64,000 bases of DNA from Pedobacter sp. (GTDB taxonomy: Bacteria; Desulfobacterota; Desulfuromonadia; Desulfuromonadales; Syntrophotaleaceae): NCBI GenBank assembly GCA_050253415.1, contig JBFWJC010000001.1, positions 1,160,679-1,224,678 of the forward strand. Direction: 5' to 3'. Positions 29,941-40,528 of the stretch are shown here, piece after piece. The notes beneath the pieces are model-generated. The model had not been told where the DNA came from, searched no databases, and saw only the letters and a list, made by a program, of their open reading frames with translations. How positions within the stretch are numbered: the first letter of the stretch is position 1; the number at the start of each line of letters is the position of its first letter. The position numbers and the translations under genes are program-made.

Positions 29941-30537
29941 TCAACGCATGAGCACCTTGAGTGCTTGCTTCAGGATGTCTTCCAGGGGAGTGCCGGGTGT
30001 CAGATCAAGCCCGTCTAACGCTTTGCGCGAGAGGTTTTCCTTGTAGCCCAGGTTGACCAGGGCTGACAGGGCATCTTCTTGCAAATCAGGAGTGGTTGAT
30101 GCAGGGGGCCGAGTGCTGCCGATGTCGGTAAATTCAACCCGACCAATTTTTTCCCTCAATTCAAGAACCAGTCGTTCAGCCGTTTTTTTACCGATCCCGG
30201 GTACCGTGGCCAGGTGCTTGGCATTACCTTGGGATAATGCTTGCCGCAGCTCTGCCGTTGGAAGGTGGGATAGGATATTCAGGGCGACTTTGGGGCCGAC
30301 GCCGGATACGGACAGCAACAGGCCGAACAAGTCTTTTTCCGCTTCGGTGTGGAACCCGAACAATAGCAGGGCGTCTTCGCGTACATGGGTATGCACCTGC
30401 AGGCGTACGGTCCCTTCATCGGGCAGGGCATAGTAGGTGGACAGGGGGATCAGTAAACGATAACCCACTCCGCCAACATCAAGAATAACCTGACTGACCG
30501 TTTTTTGAACCAGTTGTCCGCTAAGCAGGGCGATCAT
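29941..30537 (-). CDS. ruvA: Holliday junction DNA-binding protein RuvA
   Basis: VGGVGY, VREDA, VSGVGPK, GIGKKTA, ALVNLGY. Confidence 0.98.
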   Translation of the reverse strand: MIALLSGQLVQKTVSQVILDVGGVGYRLLIPLSTYYALPDEGTVRLQVHTHVREDALLLFGFHTEAEKDLFGLLLSVSGVGPKVALNILSHLPTAELRQALSQGNAKHLATVPGIGKKTAERLVLELREKIGRVEFTDIGSTRPPASTTPDLQEDALSALVNLGYKENLSRKALDGLDLTPGTPLEDILKQALKVLMR

Positions 30538-30577
30538 AATCGTCTTTCCGGGGAGTCTCGTAAGGAGGAGCGGATTT

Positions 30578-31060
30578 TTATGCCAGACTGTTGAACTGGT
30601 AGCAGTGCGCGTGACAGATAGCTACCGCCAAGGCGTCCGAAGCGTCTTCCTGGGCGATTTCCGGCAGGTTCAACAGCACTTTTACCATTTGCTGAACCTG
30701 CGGTTTGGCGGCTTTGCCATAGCCGACGACGGCTTTTTTGACTTCCACCGCAGTATATTCGGCGACCGGCAGTTCGGCATTGACGCCGGCCAACATGGCT
30801 ACGCCTCGCGCGTGCCCCAGTTTAAGGGCGGACAATGCATTTTTTGCGACAAATATGCGTTCCACGGCCATCAATACAGGAGCATAGTCGGTGATGACGC
30901 GGCACAGCTCATTGTAGATGGTTTTAAGCCGCTCCGGCAGGGGGTCGTCGGCACGCGTGTAAATAGCGCCATTGTCGATATGCACCAAACGGTTACCGAT
31001 TTTTTCAACCAGACCATATCCGGTAATACGGGTGCCGGGATCGATTCCAATAATTCTCAT
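30578..31060 (-). CDS. ruvC: crossover junction endodeoxyribonuclease RuvC
   Basis: [20 protein letters not shown]. Confidence 0.98.
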   Translation of the reverse strand: MRIIGIDPGTRITGYGLVEKIGNRLVHIDNGAIYTRADDPLPERLKTIYNELCRVITDYAPVLMAVERIFVAKNALSALKLGHARGVAMLAGVNAELPVAEYTAVEVKKAVVGYGKAAKPQVQQMVKVLLNLPEIAQEDASDALAVAICHAHCYQFNSLA

Positions 31061-31136
31061 GGCATGTCAGGTTCGCTTCAAGGAAAAAAGGCGGGGACAT
31101 GCCCCGCCTGGATCAGCCGTAAATCTTTTGCTGCGA

Positions 31137-31883
31137 TTAACCCATGATGTTGGCGATGTCTTCATCCGAGATATCGAAGTTGGCGTAGACGTTTTGTACG
31201 TCGTCGTTATCCTCAAGTTTATCCATCATCTTGAGCATCTGCTCCGCCTGCTTACCTTCCAGTTGAACCATGGTTTGGGGGATCATGGTGACTTCTGCAG
31301 TCTCCCACTTTAAACCCTTGGCGGCGATGGCGTCGCGCACCTCCATGAAGTTGGAAGGATCGGTGATAATTTCGTAGGCGTCCCCTTCGTCCTTGACGTC
31401 TTCAGCGCCGGCTTCCAGCGCTACTTCGAACAGGGCGTCGAAATCCTGCTCGGTATTGAAGGAGATAAGCCCCTTGCGATCGAACAGAAAAGCTACAGAA
31501 CCATTCACTCCGAGGCTACCGTTATGCCTGCTGAAGATATACCGGACATCGGCCACCGTGCGGGTACGGTTGTCGGTCATGAATTCAACGATAACCGCGA
31601 CCCCTCCCGGGCCATAGCCTTCAAATGTTCCTTCTTCGTAATTGACTCCATCCAGATCGCCGCTGCCCTTTTTGACGGCTCGCTCGATGGTGTCTTTGGG
31701 CATGTTGGCTTCTTTGGCCTTGTCGATGGCGGTTCGCAGGCGCGCATTGGCCTCGGCATCGCCACCGCCAATTTTGGCGGCAACGGTAATTTCCTTGATC
31801 AGTTTGGTGAAAATCTTGCCCCGCTTGGCGTCCTGGGCACCTTTACGGTGCTTGATATTCGCCCATTTACTATGACCTGCCAT
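31137..31883 (-). CDS. yebC: YebC/PmpR family protein
   Basis: [28 protein letters not shown]. Confidence 0.97.
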   Translation of the reverse strand: MAGHSKWANIKHRKGAQDAKRGKIFTKLIKEITVAAKIGGGDAEANARLRTAIDKAKEANMPKDTIERAVKKGSGDLDGVNYEEGTFEGYGPGGVAVIVEFMTDNRTRTVADVRYIFSRHNGSLGVNGSVAFLFDRKGLISFNTEQDFDALFEVALEAGAEDVKDEGDAYEIITDPSNFMEVRDAIAAKGLKWETAEVTMIPQTMVQLEGKQAEQMLKMMDKLEDNDDVQNVYANFDISDEDIANIMG

Positions 31884-32024
31884 GGTCAGTATCTCCTTGA
31901 TTCCATTTGGATCTTTAAAATTTGATAGGTTCTTTCGAACAAAATCTGTTGGATTAAGGTGCGCCTGCCAGGTTGAATCGGAGATTGCAGGCAGCTTGTC
32001 AGGTTGGCCTGGCGGGAGGCCCTC

Positions 32025-32984
32025 CTAATAAACCGGTTTAAAATCGAACTGGTGTTGAGCCCTGATAAAGCGTACTGTGCGGCTCTTGGAACGCATGACG
32101 ATGGAGTGGGTCTCGGCTCCGCCGGACATGTAACGTACGCCGTGAAGCAACTCGCCGTTGGTAACGCCGGTCGCAGCAAAGACCACATCACCCTGAGCCA
32201 TTTCTTCAGCGCTATAAATTTTATCAAAATCGTCGATACCCATGGTTCGGGCGCGGGCTTTTTCCTCCCGGTTCATAAAGACCAGGCGTCCCTGCATATC
32301 GCCACCCATGCACTTCAAAGCTGCTGCTGCCAGCACACCTTCGGGGGCCCCGCCGATTCCCATCATCATGTCGACGCCGCTGCCAAGGACGGTGGCGGCG
32401 ATGGCGGGAGCAACATCGCCATCCGAAATCAGGTGGATGCGGGCTCCGGCCTTACGCACTTCGTTGATGATCTTTTCGTGGCGCGGACGGTCGAGAATGA
32501 CAACGGTCAGGTCCTCGACATAACAATTTTTAGCCTGCGCTACCCGTTTAAGGTTTTCCTCGGGAGTGGCATTAAGATCGATGCAACCGTGGGCTGCAGG
32601 CCCGACGGCGATTTTCTCCATATACATGTCGGGGGCATGCAGAAAACCACCTTTGGGTGCCAGGGCGATGGTGGTTATGGCTCCGGTTTTGCCCTTGGCG
32701 CAAATATTGGTGCCTTCCAGCGGATCAACCGCGATGTCGACTTCATACGCACCGGTGCACGCGCTACCGACTTTTTCGCCTATATAGAGCATGGGGGCTT
32801 CGTCCATCTCACCCTCGCCAATTACAACCGTGCCGCAAAACTCGACGGAATCGAGGGTGCGACGCATGGCGTCGGTGGCAGCTTCGTCGGCGGCATCCTT
32901 GTTGCCTTTGCCCACCCAGCGGCCACAGGCCAGGGCAGCGGCCTCGGTGACTCGAACCAGATCCATGGCTAAATTACGTTCCAT
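32025..32984 (-). CDS. glpX: class II fructose-1,6-bisphosphatase
   Basis: VIGEGE, DPLEGT, DRPRH, GGAPEGV. AAGGAGG RBS before the ATG at 32984. Confidence 0.96.
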   Translation of the reverse strand: MERNLAMDLVRVTEAAALACGRWVGKGNKDAADEAATDAMRRTLDSVEFCGTVVIGEGEMDEAPMLYIGEKVGSACTGAYEVDIAVDPLEGTNICAKGKTGAITTIALAPKGGFLHAPDMYMEKIAVGPAAHGCIDLNATPEENLKRVAQAKNCYVEDLTVVILDRPRHEKIINEVRKAGARIHLISDGDVAPAIAATVLGSGVDMMMGIGGAPEGVLAAAALKCMGGDMQGRLVFMNREEKARARTMGIDDFDKIYSAEEMAQGDVVFAATGVTNGELLHGVRYMSGGAETHSIVMRSKSRTVRFIRAQHQFDFKPVY

Positions 32985-33188
32985 TCCAGAAAACCTCCTT
33001 GCGGTAAAGACTGCCGTTTGCAGCGGCGCCATCATGACAGAAAATGTTGGTAAAAACAAGTTTTCGGACATACTTTGTGGGTCCATGGTGTTTTTTACCG
33101 TTCATCCAAGCTTGACCTTCTGAGGTCACCGGCGCGATGATAGCAGCCATCCATACACACTTTGGTATGCAAGAGTGAAGGAATTGCG

Positions 33189-33902
33189 ATGAAAAAAATA
33201 GTTATCTGGGCTCATCGCGGCGCTTCTGGAGAAGCTCCGGAAAATACCTTGTCGGCTTTTCGCCTTGCGGAGCGGGCCGGTGCCGACGGTCTTGAACTTG
33301 ATGTGCGTCTGACTGCCGACCGGGTGCCCATGGTTCTGCACGATGATACCCTCGATCGTACTACCGATGTGCAGGGGATGCTGACAGCCTACTCCCGGAA
33401 AGAGTTGCTGAATGTTGATGCCGGTAGCTGGTTTGCACCGCAATTTGCCGGTGAAGGTGTTCCTGCCCTTGAACAGGTTTTGCAGTGGGCGGACGAGCGG
33501 CTGTATATAAATATAGAGATAAAGGAGTATGCTGCAGGCATGGCGGTGAGAGAGCTCCTGCATCACTTTCCCCGTTGCCGCGTGCTTATTTCCTCCTTTG
33601 ACCATGGGTTGCTCCAGGCGATGCGAGCAAACGCCCCGGAGATACCTGTCGGCTTTTTGAGCGAAACTCGCTGGTGGCACCGACAGCTATGCGCTGCTGC
33701 CTCCTGTGGTGCCAATAGTTTTCACCCCCGTCAGGACCTGGTTACCCCCGAGCAAATAGCGCAATGCCATGCTGTGGGATTAAAGGTGTATCCCTGGGTG
33801 GTGGATGATACAGGGCGTTTCGAAGCCTTGCTGAGGATGGGTGTTGACGGCGTATTCACTAATTACCCCGCACGTCTGCGTCGGTGCCAGGACAATGTCT
33901 GA
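33189..33902 (+). CDS. glycerophosphodiester phosphodiesterase
   Basis: AHRG, PENT, ELDV, HD, VDGVFTN. Confidence 0.93.
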   Translation: MKKIVIWAHRGASGEAPENTLSAFRLAERAGADGLELDVRLTADRVPMVLHDDTLDRTTDVQGMLTAYSRKELLNVDAGSWFAPQFAGEGVPALEQVLQWADERLYINIEIKEYAAGMAVRELLHHFPRCRVLISSFDHGLLQAMRANAPEIPVGFLSETRWWHRQLCAAASCGANSFHPRQDLVTPEQIAQCHAVGLKVYPWVVDDTGRFEALLRMGVDGVFTNYPARLRRCQDNV

Positions 33903-34160
33903 TGCCGGGGGGCTTGCCTGGGTAGCTTATTCTGCTACTGTTTATACTCTTTGGTGTCCCTTTCCAAGGGGGCCTACCGATTTGTGCTTGTCGTGAGGTG
34001 ATAGGAAGACCAGACCTGCTCTATGGGTAGTTGCCAACCATAGACGTCCTGCAAGTCAACAGGATCGATGCACCTAGGTTGTTTTTGACGGTTTGTCTGT
34101 AGCTTCTTGTTCCCAGAATCGACCGTTTTTTCAAGAGTAAACAGGTTTGAGGTGGCAAAC

Positions 34161-34805
34161 ATGTCCGTATTCGATAAGGGTATCCACTCCCTGGTCTTTG
34201 ATCTGGACGGCACTCTGTATACCTGCCAGGAACTTGGAGCGCAAATAGAAGAGGCGGCCATTTGTCTGGTGGCCAATAGTCGCGGCCTTTCCATGGAGCA
34301 GGGCCGCCAGGTCTTGCAGGATGCTCGTAGTCTTTTGGCGGAGGTCCCTGGTGATCTGCCCCCTTTGAGTAGGACATGTCAGGAACTTGGTCTGGATTTG
34401 CGCGATTTTATTCGAGCGCTGGAGGAAAAAGTTTATCCTGAACGCTTCCTGAAACCTGACCCGACCCTGGCGGCATTGCTGCGGTTTCTGCAAGAGCGCT
34501 ATGATCTGTATATTTATACCAATAATGGATTCTTTCTTACGGAACGGATTTTGGCGCTACTGGGTGTGGCTGATTGTTTTCGCCATATATACTCCCTTGA
34601 ATTCGCCTGGCGCCCCAAACCTGATGCCGAAGCATTGCAATTGCTGTTGGCTGATATAGGCGGTTTGCCGGAAAGTTTTTTATTTATCGGTGATCGCTAT
34701 CATGTCGATTTGCGCGAACCGGAGAAACTTGGTGTTTCTGTGTTTCCCGTGCATACGGCTGTCGACCTGTTAAGGTTGCCGTCATTGCTTGGAATTACGT
34801 CCTGA
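34161..34805 (+). CDS. HAD-family hydrolase
   Basis: FDLDGTL, TNN, KP, IGD. Confidence 0.88.
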   Translation: MSVFDKGIHSLVFDLDGTLYTCQELGAQIEEAAICLVANSRGLSMEQGRQVLQDARSLLAEVPGDLPPLSRTCQELGLDLRDFIRALEEKVYPERFLKPDPTLAALLRFLQERYDLYIYTNNGFFLTERILALLGVADCFRHIYSLEFAWRPKPDAEALQLLLADIGGLPESFLFIGDRYHVDLREPEKLGVSVFPVHTAVDLLRLPSLLGITS

Positions 34806-34888
34806 CGGGTATCTCCAGCATGTTTGTCAGTGGTAAACTTGGTATTGTAAAATGTAGGTATTCACCTAAAACCAAGCGGAGGTATGCA

Positions 34889-35116
34889 ATGAAACAACAG
34901 ATCTTGGAAATCCTTGATAAAATCCGCCCGTCTCTGCAGGCCGATGGTGGTGATGTGGAGTTGGTCGATGTCAGCGAAGACGGTGTCGTAAAAGTTCGAC
35001 TCAAAGGCGCCTGCAGTTCCTGCCCCATGTCCACCATGACTCTCAAAATGGGGATTGAGAGAACCCTGAAGGCGCAAGTGCCGGGAATCAAGGAAGTCAT
35101 ACGCGTAGAAGATTGA
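34889..35116 (+). CDS. NifU/NfuA C-terminal domain protein
   Basis: [21 protein letters not shown]. Confidence 0.93.
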   Translation: MKQQILEILDKIRPSLQADGGDVELVDVSEDGVVKVRLKGACSSCPMSTMTLKMGIERTLKAQVPGIKEVIRVED

Positions 35117-35192
35117 ACCCCTCTTTGATCCGACGGAGTGGTTGGTCTTTATGATGATCTGGTAACTATTCATAGATAGTGAGGCAGACAGG

Positions 35193-35669
35193 ATGATGGA
35201 TACGCTTGAAGGGCAGCATGCTGCTGATTTTAATCTGGAAGGATCGGATAAACAACGCCACGCGTTAACCGATTATGCGGGCAGGACCGTGGTACTTTAT
35301 TTTTATCCCAAGGATAACACTCCCGGTTGCAGCAAGGAGGCGTGTTCCTTTCGCGATCTTCATACAGAGTACCAGCAGCAGGATGTCGTCTTGCTGGGCG
35401 TCAGCAAAGACAGCCTTGCGTCCCATGACCGATTTATCGAAAAGTTTGGTCTGCCCTTTGTTCTGTTGTCTGACCCTGACACCCAGATGATGAAGGCGTA
35501 TTCCGCTTTTGGAGAAAAGACCATGTACGGCAAAAAGGTCATGGGGACCATTCGTTCGACGGTGGTCATCGGCCCGGACGGTACGATTGTGAAGCATTGG
35601 CCGAAGGTCAAAAAGGCCGAAACCCATCCGCTTGAAGTTCTGGAATTTTTACGCAGCCGGCAAGCCTGA
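35193..35669 (+). CDS. bcp: bacterioferritin comigratory protein (peroxiredoxin)
   Basis: YFYPKDNTPGCSKEAC. Confidence 0.93.
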   Translation: MMDTLEGQHAADFNLEGSDKQRHALTDYAGRTVVLYFYPKDNTPGCSKEACSFRDLHTEYQQQDVVLLGVSKDSLASHDRFIEKFGLPFVLLSDPDTQMMKAYSAFGEKTMYGKKVMGTIRSTVVIGPDGTIVKHWPKVKKAETHPLEVLEFLRSRQA

Positions 35670-35828
35670 CAGACCGTGACTATGAGACCGTTTACAGATA
35701 ATTGAATTTGTCGCGGGGAACACCGGGACTGCAGGGAGAGACTTTTTTGAAAAATCGGTTCCCTCCGCGCGCTCTGTGCTCTCGGTGGTGAAATATCTTT
35801 GCTTTGATATTGTATGATTGTGGTTCAG

Positions 35829-35869
35829 AAAAAGCCCGGAGCAGGCATGAAGCTGCTCCGGGCTTTTTT
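35829..35869. terminator. bidirectional intrinsic terminator
   Basis: aaaaagcccggagcag...ctgctccgggcttttt between the convergent bcp and fadL-like genes. Confidence 0.85.
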
Positions 35870-35890
35870 ATAGAGGTGGAACTTTGCGTT

Positions 35891-37153
35891 TTAAAACATA
35901 CAGGTCAGGCTGATGCCTATCAGGTGCAGGTAGTTTTCGTACTGCCCGTTGGCGGTGCTGCCGTACAGGTTGGTTGTTTTATCGCGATTTTCCTGCAGCT
36001 GGAAGCCGTAAGCCAGGGCCAGTTTGATGTTGTTAACGGACAGTTCGGCGCCGGCTGTGAAAAGGTGGGTGTCGGAGTCGGGGATTGCCGGTTCGAAGGT
36101 GTTGTCGGGGATGGGGTTCTGGCCGTAGAGATATCCGGCCATCACCGCCAGTTGCTTGTTGATATGGTATTTGGTGCCGATATTGTAGGCCCAGGTATCA
36201 TGCCAATTGCGCGGTGCCACGGTCACTGTCTCCCCTCCAACCGGCTCGTCCAGACTGATTTTCAGATATTGAAAAGATGACCAGTCCTCCCAACGCAGCC
36301 CCGCCTCGACCACCCATGCGGGAGAGATATGGTAGGCCAGACCGGCAGTGACCTGCTGGGGCAGGGTGATGGATGCCTGACCACCTGTGTTCTGGAAAAG
36401 GAAGGCCAGCGGCGCAGCGGTGTCGGGGATGTCGAACTGGGCGCGTCCGTCGATATCCACCTTGATTTCGCTGCGGTAGCCAGCGCCGAAGGATAAGGAG
36501 TCGGTCAGCTTGACCAGCAGGCCAACGTTGAATCCTACCCCTTCACTGTCACCGGCAAACTCCTGACCGATTTCCCCAAAGGGGCCCCCGTCAATTTTGT
36601 TTTTGAGCTTGGCATCCAGCAGCAGAATGTCCAACCCGGCCCCAATGGAAATGCGCGGCGAGACCCGATAGGCAAGGGTCGGATTAATATTAAAGGTGGT
36701 AATGCGGGACTTGGTGGCGATAAAACGGCCCTCCCAGTCGCTATCCCAGATGGTTCCCAAACCAAAAGGATTGTAGACTGCCAGTCCGGCGCTGAAGCGA
36801 TTATCGAATTGGTGGGTAAGGTAAAAGGTGCTGGGGAAGTACGCCGTATCGGCGTTGTCCCATGTCTCTCCAGAGATACTCGTGAAATCGCGAGAAGGCA
36901 ATACGGCGGTGGTGCCGATTTCAATCTGAGTGCCCGGCAGTTCGGTAAGTAGAGCCGGGTTGAAAAAGACAGCCGACGGGCCATCGGCATGGGCAGTGAC
37001 GGCATTGGCCTGGCCAAGCGCGTCCGCACCCTGGGTAAAGATACCAAAGCCAGAGGCGAAACCGGGCTGTATGCTTCCAATCATAAGACACGCCACAAGT
37101 ACCAGAATGTGGAAAGATCTCTTAAACATGATATTCATATAAATTGCCGCCAT
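35891..37153 (-). CDS. FadL/OmpP1/TodX-family outer-membrane channel for hydrophobic compounds
   Basis: Signal peptide, mature N-terminus SGF..., FNPA motif, PFGL, C-terminal Phe. The start may be at 37129. Confidence 0.9.
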   Translation of the reverse strand: MAAIYMNIMFKRSFHILVLVACLMIGSIQPGFASGFGIFTQGADALGQANAVTAHADGPSAVFFNPALLTELPGTQIEIGTTAVLPSRDFTSISGETWDNADTAYFPSTFYLTHQFDNRFSAGLAVYNPFGLGTIWDSDWEGRFIATKSRITTFNINPTLAYRVSPRISIGAGLDILLLDAKLKNKIDGGPFGEIGQEFAGDSEGVGFNVGLLVKLTDSLSFGAGYRSEIKVDIDGRAQFDIPDTAAPLAFLFQNTGGQASITLPQQVTAGLAYHISPAWVVEAGLRWEDWSSFQYLKISLDEPVGGETVTVAPRNWHDTWAYNIGTKYHINKQLAVMAGYLYGQNPIPDNTFEPAIPDSDTHLFTAGAELSVNNIKLALAYGFQLQENRDKTTNLYGSTANGQYENYLHLIGISLTCMF

Positions 37154-37307
37154 CGTTAAAAATAGATAATAATAAGCATTTGGAGATGATCTTAAGATTG
37201 AAGTATGGCAATCTCCAAAGTCAAGAAACTATAGCGATGATCAACGCTCCATGTTGATTAATTTTTGTTTACACGAAAAGCTTTTGCGCTTCTTTGATGG
37301 AGTTATA

Positions 37308-38120
37308 ATGGGAATCAGCTCTTCTTATCTGATGGAAAATGACCAGGAAGCAAAGCGTCTCGATCTCAAAACCGATCAAGCTCGTCTGGAACAACAGGCC
37401 AGGTGGGCAGGGATTGGACCTGGAATGCGTGTAGCAGATGTTGGTTGCGGTAGCGGCAAGACCAGTTTTTTTCTGCATCAGCTTGTGCAAGCCGGAGGAG
37501 AGGTTCTGGGAATTGATGCTTCGACCGAGCGAATTGACCATGCACGCAACACGTATAAGGCAGATGGATTGAGTTTTACCCGTCGTGACTTTTATGCATC
37601 CATGGCAGATCTGGGGCAGTTCGATTTTATCTGGGTGCGTTTTGTTCTGGAATATCATCGACGCGATGCTGCGAAGATCGTGGAAAATCTGATGCAAATT
37701 CTAAAGCCTGGAGGAATCCTGTGTCTGATCGACCTGGATCATAACTGCCTTAATCACTATGGTATGCCCCCCCGGCTTGAAAAGGCTCTGTCGGAAATCA
37801 TGGATCTGCTGGAAGCCAAAGCCAATTTCGACCCCTTTATGGGGCGAAAACTTTACAGCTTCCTTTATGACCTTGGCTGTGAAGAGATCGATGTGCAGCT
37901 TGCCGCCCATCATCTTATAGCCGGCAAGCTTAATGATGTGGATGCCTATAACTGGCTGAGCAAAGTGGATGTCGCCGTCCAGAACAGTGGGTATGGCTTT
38001 CCGGAATATGGGGGGGAATATCTGGAATTTCGGGAAGAGTTTAAACGGTTTTTTGAAGATCCGCGGCGTTTTACCTATACCCCGTTAATTGCTTGCCGCG
38101 GTATTAAACCACGATGTTGA
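37308..38120 (+). CDS. class I SAM-dependent small-molecule methyltransferase
   Basis: VADVGCGSG, GID, FDFIW, LKPGG. GGAG RBS before the ATG at 37308. Confidence 0.9.
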   Translation: MGISSSYLMENDQEAKRLDLKTDQARLEQQARWAGIGPGMRVADVGCGSGKTSFFLHQLVQAGGEVLGIDASTERIDHARNTYKADGLSFTRRDFYASMADLGQFDFIWVRFVLEYHRRDAAKIVENLMQILKPGGILCLIDLDHNCLNHYGMPPRLEKALSEIMDLLEAKANFDPFMGRKLYSFLYDLGCEEIDVQLAAHHLIAGKLNDVDAYNWLSKVDVAVQNSGYGFPEYGGEYLEFREEFKRFFEDPRRFTYTPLIACRGIKPRC

Positions 38121-38177
38121 TTCTGCTCCCTCCTCCATAGGGCATGCCTTGTGGGGCGGGGGGGAACCACTTTAACC

Positions 38178-40493
38178 TCAGATGGTCAGGCCGGCCTCTG
38201 CGGTAGTACGGTGTACATGGGAGCTTATAAAGTGGGCTAACGCTCTGAGATGCTTTTGATCAAGATTCGTAAAGGCGATGCCGAAACCGGCCGGGAATAT
38301 AGTTTTTTTTGGTAAACATTGATGGTTAACCCACACGACCCGACCGCTGACTTCCATGGGGGTGGCACAATCATCGGGCAAATTGAACAGAAGCTTTAGC
38401 GTGTTCCCCTCTCGGATGGCAAGATCCGATGCGGCAAATATGCCGCGAACGCTGATGTCGGCCGAAGTGGCCTTCCAGCTTTTTCCTTGATAGTCGATGG
38501 TTACCTCCGTGGAACATGGAATTCGGACACTTGCACGCGAAGAGTGAACCTCTGATCGTTCCATGACTTCCAATTCGCAGACATGATCCCGTTCAAAATA
38601 ATTTAGAAACGCATTCACAATATCTGTGTCCAGGTGTTTTCCTTGTTCTTTGCGGAGTTCCTTGATCGCAACCTCGATGGGCATGGGGTCGCGGTAATGG
38701 CGTTTTGAGGTTATGGCCTCGAAGAAGTCAGCGACGGCTATAATCTTGGCTCCCAGGGGGATATCTTGGGCGGTCAGCCCCTTTGGATAGCCGCTGCCAT
38801 CAATTTTTTCATGATGCGCGCCAGCGATAGCTGGCACTTCCTTGTAAATCCCCTCAAAGTGAATGCCCTCTAGTATCGTTCGGGTCTGTTCCGCATGGGT
38901 TTTAACCATGGCGTATTCCATGGCCGACAGACGTCCCGGTTTTTTCAGGATAGCGTCGGGAACAGCGATCTTGCCGTAATCGTGCAACAGAGAGGCGACG
39001 CGGATTTTTTCACACTCATCATCGGAAAGGGCTAATTCTTGGCAAATTCCCGAGGTAAATTGGGTAACCCTTTCAGAGTGGCCGGCTGTCAGAGGGTCAC
39101 GGGCATCAATGGTCGCTGCAAGGGCATGCAGTGTCGAATTGAACTGTTGTTTGCGACTTTGAAGTAATTGGGCGTTCCGGATGCTGATGCCGATGATTGG
39201 GGCAATGCCACAAAGAAGGGTAAGGTCGCTTTTAAGCAAGGGGCGTTTGGTTGTAACGTTATCTACAGCCAAGATACCAATGGCTTCGTAGTCGTAGACA
39301 ATGGGGCAGCAAAGAAAGGATTTGACGCCCATTTTTTTTGCAAACTCAAGGCTTCGAGGTGAAAGGTCTTCTTGTATATCGTTGATATTGTTAATCAGGA
39401 TGGGTCTTTTCTCCCTGAAGGAGACAACAAACGCACCTTTTGAGTCGGGATTGTCCAAATGAAAAAGGGTGTTTTTCAGCAGGCCTTCCATCTTTTTTGA
39501 ATAACCATACCCACCTTCAAAAGACAGATAGGTTTTCTCCGGGTTGGCCAATAAAACGAAACCCCTGTCAAAGTCGAGGCTCTTTTGAAAGTTTTCTATA
39601 AGACTTTGAAGGATGTCGTTTATGGTGATTTCTTTACTGATGCTTTGAGAAATAGCATTGGTTAGCAATGCGTTATTATAGTTGTTTTCAATCTGGTCAA
39701 GAAGCGTTCCGGAAGAAAGTCTCAGCGATTCCATGCTGGTCCAGGCGGTTTTCTTTTCCTTTTTTTCCAGAACGATCCAGGAAATAAGGAAAGCGAGGAG
39801 CCCACCATAGGCGAAGAGGTGGAGGTGCTCAAATGTTTTTGAAAAGAACTGTGCCAGGAAAAAAGCGCCGCTGAAGATCAGGGAAGTACTTCTGAATGTT
39901 TTTAATAATACGAACTCGTCCGGATTCCAGGAAATGACGTACCGGCAGCACTGTCCTTGGCGAAAGATACACTCTGTGTGCTCGATCTCCGGGAATTTAT
40001 GGCGAAACAGGTAGGAGATCGCCTCAAAAAAACCGATGCGATTTTGGCACTGGAATTCACGCTCCTGTACACCGGGATACGGTGTGACGATAATTTCTAT
40101 TTTGTGCTTATCAAGTCGTCGCGACTCGTATTTTGCTGAACGCGTAAAATTGGAGGCCGCCTTGCCTATCCATTCATATACCCTGTGAGGCCCCAAAAAA
40201 CCCAACACGTATTGATGTATGACGGTATTGGCTTCAGGAGATGCGGCATAGCGTCCCGCTTCTCTGGCAATGTTTTTATTATCTGTCAGTTCGCCAATTT
40301 TGTCGAAAAAGGCATTGACCTGTTCTTGGGTAAACCAGTGCCACTGATCTGCAACTTCGTACGATTGCATGTTGGCATGCGATAAAAGTTCAGAGATGTT
40401 GATTTTTGGATAATGGTTTTTAAGGAGACGCAGATAGGGATCGATGATTCGGCTATTATATAGATGTTTTTTCGAAAGGTCTTCAGACTTCAT
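38178..40493 (-). CDS. membrane-anchored HD-GYP c-di-GMP phosphodiesterase: V4R-like sensor, 2 TM, GAF, HD-GYP, PilZ (paralog 1)
   Basis: HSERV, LLHDYGK, HHEKIDGSGYP. PilZ motifs RASVR and DISVRG. Confidence 0.88.
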   Translation of the reverse strand: MKSEDLSKKHLYNSRIIDPYLRLLKNHYPKINISELLSHANMQSYEVADQWHWFTQEQVNAFFDKIGELTDNKNIAREAGRYAASPEANTVIHQYVLGFLGPHRVYEWIGKAASNFTRSAKYESRRLDKHKIEIIVTPYPGVQEREFQCQNRIGFFEAISYLFRHKFPEIEHTECIFRQGQCCRYVISWNPDEFVLLKTFRSTSLIFSGAFFLAQFFSKTFEHLHLFAYGGLLAFLISWIVLEKKEKKTAWTSMESLRLSSGTLLDQIENNYNNALLTNAISQSISKEITINDILQSLIENFQKSLDFDRGFVLLANPEKTYLSFEGGYGYSKKMEGLLKNTLFHLDNPDSKGAFVVSFREKRPILINNINDIQEDLSPRSLEFAKKMGVKSFLCCPIVYDYEAIGILAVDNVTTKRPLLKSDLTLLCGIAPIIGISIRNAQLLQSRKQQFNSTLHALAATIDARDPLTAGHSERVTQFTSGICQELALSDDECEKIRVASLLHDYGKIAVPDAILKKPGRLSAMEYAMVKTHAEQTRTILEGIHFEGIYKEVPAIAGAHHEKIDGSGYPKGLTAQDIPLGAKIIAVADFFEAITSKRHYRDPMPIEVAIKELRKEQGKHLDTDIVNAFLNYFERDHVCELEVMERSEVHSSRASVRIPCSTEVTIDYQGKSWKATSADISVRGIFAASDLAIREGNTLKLLFNLPDDCATPMEVSGRVVWVNHQCLPKKTIFPAGFGIAFTNLDQKHLRALAHFISSHVHRTTAEAGLTI

Positions 40494-40528
40494 TTGTAAC
40501 TCTTCGAATGGGGTTTGTTCATCTACGA

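Noticed and set aside
35712..35790. REP-like imperfect hairpin after bcp
   Set aside because: Single copy in the window with imperfect pairing, so it cannot be supported as a repeat family
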